Source of the DNA: Bugula neritina
Lineage: Eukaryota; Animalia; Bryozoa
Direction: 5' to 3'
NCBI GenBank assembly: GCA_964035545.1
Contig: OZ037768.1
Location: 8,898,741 to 8,962,740, forward strand
DNA length: 64,000 nucleotides
The notes beneath the pieces are model-generated. The model was not told the origin of the DNA, did no database searches, and saw only the letters and a list, made by a program, of their open reading frames with translations. Below are positions 57,181-64,000 of this stretch, piece by piece. Position 1 is the first letter of the stretch; every line of letters starts with the position of its first letter. Made by a program: the position numbers and the translations under genes.

Positions 57181-58029
57181 TGACATTGTTTTTTGAAATT
57201 AAAATAAACTATTGACTGGACTTAGATTAAAGTAGTTGGAGTTAAATTAAAATAAAAACCTCAAGTTAACAAACTTTGACCTGCATTAAATTTAATGTGT
57301 GGCACCAGCTAAAATTTGACTTTGATCAATACATGAGGAGCTAGTGCCTATTACATTACCCCTTGCATTTTACATTCTGCACACTGCTACAAACATTACT
57401 ACAAACAAATTATAATATTTAATAATCTTTTCATGTTCACTAGCTTGATTTGAAGTAGTCGAAAATCTGAATACCTACAGCTTAAGTTTCTGTAAAGTTA
57501 TCAACAACAAATTTGTCGAGTCTCCTTACTTCGGTTTATTTGCCACATTAATTGAGGCTCATGTGTTTTCTTGCTGTGTCTGAACCCATGAAGTTTGCAC
57601 AATACTATGAGGAATTTTTGTAATGTGGTTGTGCTAATGTTCCACGCCCACTGAAAAGGTACATCACAGTTTCCTATATCTTTCCACACATATCTATATA
57701 TAATAGTCCTATGTTCACTCATGATTTTTGCCTTATAATTTTTAGTAGGGAAAGTCTTGTTTTGTGATGCCATCGGCACTTCTTTCTTTGCTCTCTCTTT
57801 TAGATCAAATTGATAATCAATGCTATGATTCTGTATCTATCTATTGGGTAGGGTACCGACAGCGCAAAGAATTTTTATTTCAGATTTTTCTTATGAGTAT
57901 AGTTGCTCATTTCTTAGCTCTGTTTTGATTGTTTTTAATTTATAAGCATTTTTAATCTTTTATTCCAAAAAAACTTTGTTTTACATAATCTGAAAGGCTA
58001 CATTCTTGTAATCTGAATAATTTCTCTGT

Positions 58030-58410
58030 AAACATCAAGCCTCTACTCTACTTAATACTAGGTAGATGGAGTCTGTCGACACCTGCTTTAGGGTGTTGTC
58101 CTTTGTTCATCAACTGTCTTGTATCTCTGCTCATTTACTTTAATTTAGTAGTACGGCAATGTATCCAACTCCCAATAGCCCACATATTCATTGCTTCAAT
58201 CAAGTCTCCAGCATTTAAAGCAGATTTTTATGCTTTTTATGGGTGTTTCAATACTAATATCTTCTTCCCAGTCGTATTAAAAATGCCTTTCAACAAAGTC
58301 TCAATCCACACATACAGACTTCTAGAAACCTTGAAACCCATGTAGTTACAGTCTTCTCACATTTGGTGTGCATATCGCCATATCTCCAAATAGCCTACCA
58401 ATACCTTTCT
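58030..58410 (-). mobile_element. Relic of an R4/Dong-type non-LTR retrotransposon (region C-terminal to the RT core)
   Basis: Minus-strand translation gives KSALNAGDLIEAMNMWAI and RDTRQLMNKGQHPKAGVDRLHLPS..SRGL, matching the R4-clade pattern KSxLNxxNxIxAINxWA...DRKTRKLM...HPKxDVDRLYLPRxxGGRGL. Interrupted by stops and an insertion. Confidence 0.7.
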
Positions 58411-59927
58411 GTAGGTTTCTTAAACGTTATGTTTCTTTATCTTGTTATTCTCTTCTTGTATATATCATTTAAGATTTTGAGCTATGAACTGAGTTTCCAT
58501 TGCTTTGAGCTATGCGAATAGATTATTTTTGGTGTTAGGAAACAGTTGCACCGATAGAAACCATGACCACAATTTAAAGGATTGCTCAATCTTAGTTTGT
58601 TACAATCACATTATAATTATGAACTATAATTTAATGTGTATGCAAACAATTGTGACTTTGCAAAGGGATATGTGCCTAGAAAACAGCTTTTCAAAATTCC
58701 AATTTTGAGGGCGGTAAAATTTTCAGCCATGAAAAAGAATAGCCTAATACGTGACGTGTGAACGCCAGTAACTATGCTGCACGTGCTAATATTCAAGGTT
58801 GCTGAGCACAATATCAACCAATAACGCTCAAGCAGTTACAGTGCGCTATATAGGTCAGCTTTGGTGTGCCCGTAATATTGCACAATCTGACCTAGTTTAG
58901 ATCGATCGCAGGCATTCATCCTAAAGAACGCATGTTTTTGCAATGCTTTTTTCTAATGGTTACAAGCAAAATATGGCCTAATGTTATTGCATACATGTTA
59001 TTTAAAATGTCAAAAAACTATAGATTGAGATAATTCACATTTGCACTTCTATAAATATACAAATTACGAGCTGAAAGATCACATCTCACAGTCATATTTC
59101 TATAGTTATTCATTTGTATAGTCACGTGACCAGCAGGAATGCTGGCGCTGTTACGTCACATTTCCCAGCTCATTTCAAAATCGGCGTTTTGGCTGTTACC
59201 AATCTACACCCTCAACTTCAACTAACTTTTTCTACCTTTGGTCAAATGCTTTTTGTCAATGCATGCTTAGAAAAACACAATATTATGTGTGTTTGACTTA
59301 AATGGCCATTTATTAGACAAGATAGAGCAATTCCATCTGTACAAGCACCCATTTGAAGCAATGGAAACACAGACAGTGTTAGCCCGTAGACAATCTTACT
59401 GTGTTACAATGTTTTTAGTCTCTAACATTGAGTCAAAATTTCGTCTTCTACATTCTCATTTTGTTTAGGTCTGTTTCTATATGCCAACTAATCAACTTTT
59501 CATTTAAAAATATGACTAATTTTAATTCAATTCAACACAATTATCAATATTTAAATTTCAACATAGTCGGTCAAGGGCTTGTACCCTCTGGTAAATACAC
59601 ACTCACACTTGCTTAAACATATTTGTTAGTACATTCCCGTCTTAGTAGCCTAATTTTTATTTTAGTTACAGTAGCTACCTGGATAGATATTTAATACATG
59701 AGTAGTCCTTAATTGTTGTTATTCATTTCTTTTGTCATAGCTTGTTATCATAAATTTCATTTAGAAGAAATAGCGTACTTATTTAAAATAAGGAGCATGC
59801 AGATATTTTTATTTTTCAAGTTTTTTGCATACATTGCGTAAGCCAATAGGAAATGGTTTTTTAGATACCAAGTAGTTGATGATTTTACATGTGCACTTAC
59901 ATTTTTGTTTTGAATGCAGTTTAACTG

Positions 59928-62900
59928 ATGGAGGATCCAGTAGAGGGTGGATTCTTCAGAAGGAAGGGAGCTGTACGGCAAAAGAAGGTGTTTGAAGTGA
60001 AGAATCACAAGTTTGTTCCACGATTTTTCAAATTTCTGACATTTTGTAGTCACTGTAAAGATTTTATATGGTAAGTAATATTGGTGTTGGTTTTTTCATT
60101 TTATTTAGTGTTTGTGAGGAATCAGACTTGTTTGATTTTCCAAGTTAATGTTTTCTACTATTTTTGGTTTGATGTTTACTCTTTGTTTTCAGGGGAGTAA
60201 TTGGCAAACAAGGTTATCAATGTCAAAGTAAGTTACTTTATTTTGATAAAATCTGTAAGCAAATTCAAATAAGGGCCCGTGCATCTGAAAGGATTCTTTC
60301 AGTAAATAATTTACATTTTAGGACTGTTGCCATTATCAATTATTATTATTAGTTACTTGGCTGTTTCATACTTGATTTCATTTGTAGTGAGTAAACATTA
60401 AGCTAGTCGCCAACTCACAAGAATAAGAGTCGGTTCTGCCATAAACCACTTAGTTATCTTGTCGGTAAACTGGGAGCTAAAAGCAATTATTATTGAGCAT
60501 GCCATTAAACAGTAATATGGGCAATCCTTTTATCAAATTTCATGTATAAAAATGCCCTCTCCTTTTCCTAAATCACATTGATTAGTATTAATTACTTTTT
60601 GAGCATGTATGCATTTAAAGCTATCGTTGCTGCTACAAAATTGTCTAGTCTAAGGCAGTCACATGTGAATTAGCTTATTACTCTGTCTTGTAAGGAAAAC
60701 ATAAGTATTCATGTTGTCACTATTCATTTCGGTCATGTTTCAAGATCATGTGTCATGTCTCAATCAATTGATTTGATAACATTATAACCAACGAACTAGG
60801 AACTAGTATACTTTATTTTACTCTAAAAAATATTCAGCATGCTTGAATAGTCATTAGGGTGAAGGATTAATTTTTTCATTACCAGTATGTTTTATAATTT
60901 GTTTGAAGCAACGATAAAACCACAGGAGTAAATCTGCCTGATAAATTTTGAAACCTACTCAACTGAGATGTGTGGACTTTTTTGCAATAAGATGATAATA
61001 AAAATTGTCAAGTAGCTGTATAACTTGGGTACAGTTAATACTATAGAAAAGTATTTACTTGCATCTACACTGCCATCTGCCATGTGCATGCTAATCAAAT
61101 TGCAAACTTAACTTTTAATTTGGGGGAAAACTTAGAAAACAAAATATGTTGGCTCAAAGGTTAAGAGTTTGTTTGAGTGTTCAATGTGTACCACCTTAAT
61201 GAAAGGATTTTTTGTTATCCTTTAAATTGCTGCACTCTCTTGGAAAATGCTTTTCTAATTGAAAAAAACGTTATGGTAATAAATACTAGCTAACTAAGTT
61301 GATATTAGTTAATGTTATTTTCAGTTTGTTCTGTTAGCTTCAAACAAATTGTGGAACTGGAACCTGTTCAATAGAGGGAAATTAAGTTACTCATGACTCG
61401 GTGTACCTACAATGTAATTTTGTTGCCTTCTTTTAAAATGTTGTGGTAAACTAACTGAAAGCAGCTGACCATTGATTAAATTTTGACCGCTGAGCAAATT
61501 TAGCATTTATTAGGAAAATGCGTTGGAACACCTATCTAAATAGTTGATAGCTTTTTGAGATCCCATGCTATTAACTTTACTTTCAGCTCCAAAAGATTAA
61601 ACTCGTATTATTGTGAGCTTTGGTAATCCACAGTTTGCAATATTGAGCTTAGTATGGCATTGGTTGGAATTATTTATACTTTAGCCTAAAGCTATACGGA
61701 GCTGCTTGCTGGTTTTGTACCTTATAAATCTTGCTTATTTAACTTAAAGATGCTATATGTAGCAAATTTGGATTATTTCTGTCTGCTGGTAAGCGGTCAG
61801 TCATTCTATCTTTTATGGTTGACATACATTACCTTAATCCAACTTTACATAATTCTGAGAGCTTCCACCTTGCATGGTGTGTGTTGGTTTTATACTCCAA
61901 GCAATTATTAGAATTCTGTATTAGTTATCTAATATTTTTCATGATTAGCTAGAGTCATCAAGGGCATTGTCCCCAGTGAATTAAAAAAATGTCACAAAAT
62001 ATACATTAAAATGTCAGATTATATAACATGTTCAATATTATTGGGACCGCTATCTTATATAAGATTATTGTAATGATGACATGGCCCTGGTGCAGAGTGC
62101 TATAAGCAAGGTTATCAGCACTGCTTCAACCACACTAATCATTATGGCATTATCTTGATTTTAGCCTTAGGATCAGATATTCACATGCATCTGTTTGAGT
62201 ATATATTCTGGTTTGCAGACCAGATCCATTATTCAATGTTTTTCAGCTCAATATGGCCAGCAGCTGGGTTTTGTGACATTTCGCTCTGTGTTCGGCATCT
62301 TTTCGTCTGCCCATAATATGTTAATATAATAAAAAATCATGAATTGCCTTTTCCAATGAGTATTGTTCCCATGGCTTTGGATTTTAGTTTAACAAGGAAT
62401 ACTTTAACTGCTGTTATCTGTTATTGAATAGTACTTAATGGTATATTTGTAGTTTCCGATTGGACAGAAACCTGCTGGTAGTTTTGATAGTCACTTGGTG
62501 CTGCTTAAAATTTTATACAAATGTCAACCGGCCTCAAACCTTTTTTTTTCTAATGTGACTTCAAGACAAAATAAGTAAAATGGCCGAAAGAGATTGATTG
62601 TTTCAGCTATTATAACATTATTGATTATGAAACTGAAAATTTCTCTGCTCATGTTCAGCAAATTGCTTGTAGTTTGCTCGTATGCAGTCCATAGGCGCTG
62701 CCATGACTTGGTTACATTTGCCTGCCCCGGTGCTGACGAGGGAACAGATTCAGATGTAAGTATGATTGAAAGTATAGAAAAGATGGCTTTTTACAGTTGT
62801 CAACTAGTGTTTTATATATATTCTTCTAACCAAGTTTTAGTCTATTGGATCTAACTGTATTTGCTTGACAAGTTTGTAGAAATATAAGAATTACACCCTA

Positions 62901-63676
62901 GTCCCTTCTACTACAATAATACATTAACCATCAAAAGCTCACAGCTGAAAACTAGTTGTCAACATGTATTTATTCAGGTCTTAATGGGCATAGGAATACT
63001 TTGATGTTTGTATTCTTTGAAAAAATAGAGCATTTCACGGCGGTTACACACAGTTTTGGCAAATGATGCTTTAATTTGGATAACTAATATGCTACATAGT
63101 ATTGTGATAAGGTAATCATTGCTAAATTTATAGCAGAGCTGTAGCCTACTGCGCCAAGTACTGGTATGTGTCTGAGCTTCTTATTGATATAACAAGTTTT
63201 AGTGGAGGTTTGCTTCTTGCACTAAATACCAAGTCATCATACATTCTTGCCTGAAACCTATGAGGGTGTTTCACACACATGTCTCACTTTTAGTTTACTG
63301 CCAAAACTCTCTGCATTTTTACTTTGGGTGTTTTTAGTCTTACAAAAAGTTTTGCATCATATATTTTGTAAAAATCTGTACGTGCGATCATAACTCCTAA
63401 GTAATAGTTTACTTACAGTATGATGTCTGAACTGCTGGGAGAAATTCCACACACTTAACTTACAGCTAAATGGTTGTATTCAGTGCCACTGATATGCCAA
63501 TAATTGTGCTACTATGTTAATTTTAAGATTGTTAGTGTTCATTAACCCAAGTGTTACTTGAATTTAGTTTATAGAACCTCACAAGTTTAAAGTGCACACG
63601 TATCCAGGGCCCACATTCTGCGATCACTGTGGCGGAGTTTTGGCTGGTATTTACCACCAAGGATTAAAATGCACAG
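59928..63676 (+). CDS. PRKCA: Conventional (alpha/beta-type) protein kinase C, 5' part only (pseudosubstrate, C1A, most of C1B). Exons 59928-60070, 60193-60227, 62673-62755, 63568-63676; continues beyond the window.
   Basis: [48 protein letters not shown]|[11 protein letters not shown]|[28 protein letters not shown]|[36 protein letters not shown]. The pseudosubstrate directly follows the Met (in-frame TAA at 59922 upstream) and the CPGAD linker marks the conventional class. The symbol denotes class, not strict orthology. Confidence 0.93.
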
Positions 63677-64000
63677 GTAAAATGGCTACACCTGCAGCAT
63701 ATGTAATCTCTTCTTCCTCTCTTGTACCTCTGCCAGCACTTCATAGTTATACAGAATATTGCACTCATGTAGAAATTATGAGAAAATAACTGTAACCGTA
63801 ACTTATTGCTATAAAAAGTGCCAGTAACCGCACTAAAAATTGCTCAATACACATAAGTCATCATCCATACATAATATTTTCTTTGGCGACTCTTCTTTCT
63901 CTCACATTTTTGCTGAAAGAATAAGTAGCATTATATTTAGAATATTTCTCCATGCTCTACTTATTAGTGTATACCACAACAGTTTTACTACAAGTTTCAT

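Noticed and set aside
61320-61380. Possible duplicate of PKC exon 3 (TCAG|TTTGTTCT, reading ICSV...)
   Set aside because: Similarity ends after three residues, the C1 His/Cys residues are missing, and a stop follows.

Overview
AT-rich, intron-rich animal (invertebrate, probably lophotrochozoan; inferred from composition and protein similarity) genomic DNA carrying five protein-coding genes that I rebuilt exon by exon from GT-AG sites and reading-frame phase. (1) ELAV/Hu RNA-binding protein, + strand, 544-5627. (2) CAAP1-like protein, - strand, 21532-9030, about 898 aa. (3) Dispersed C2H2 zinc-finger protein with 11 fingers, + strand, 35117-49633, about 1190 aa. (4) Small BTB/POZ protein, - strand, about 54063-50895. 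(5) The 5' part of a conventional PKC, + strand, from 59928 and running off the window end. Decayed RTE and R4/Dong-type LINEs, possible hAT relics and (TA)n microsatellites lie between and within the genes. Best candidate for an undescribed system: the ELAV gene has a tandem pair of 154-nt mutually exclusive exons that swap the RRM1-end/linker/RRM2 surface, embedded in visible competing long-range RNA pairings (a 29-nt intronic stem and a docking-like pairing that would loop out exon B). Other strong leads: phase-locked degenerate hexamer arrays flanking the putative promoters in both divergent intergenic regions; a CAAP1 C-terminal extension ending in a DAXX-type SUMO-interacting motif, with a possible short isoform; and a cPKC with substitutions at DAG-binding positions in both C1 domains. 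All splice models are predictions without transcript evidence.
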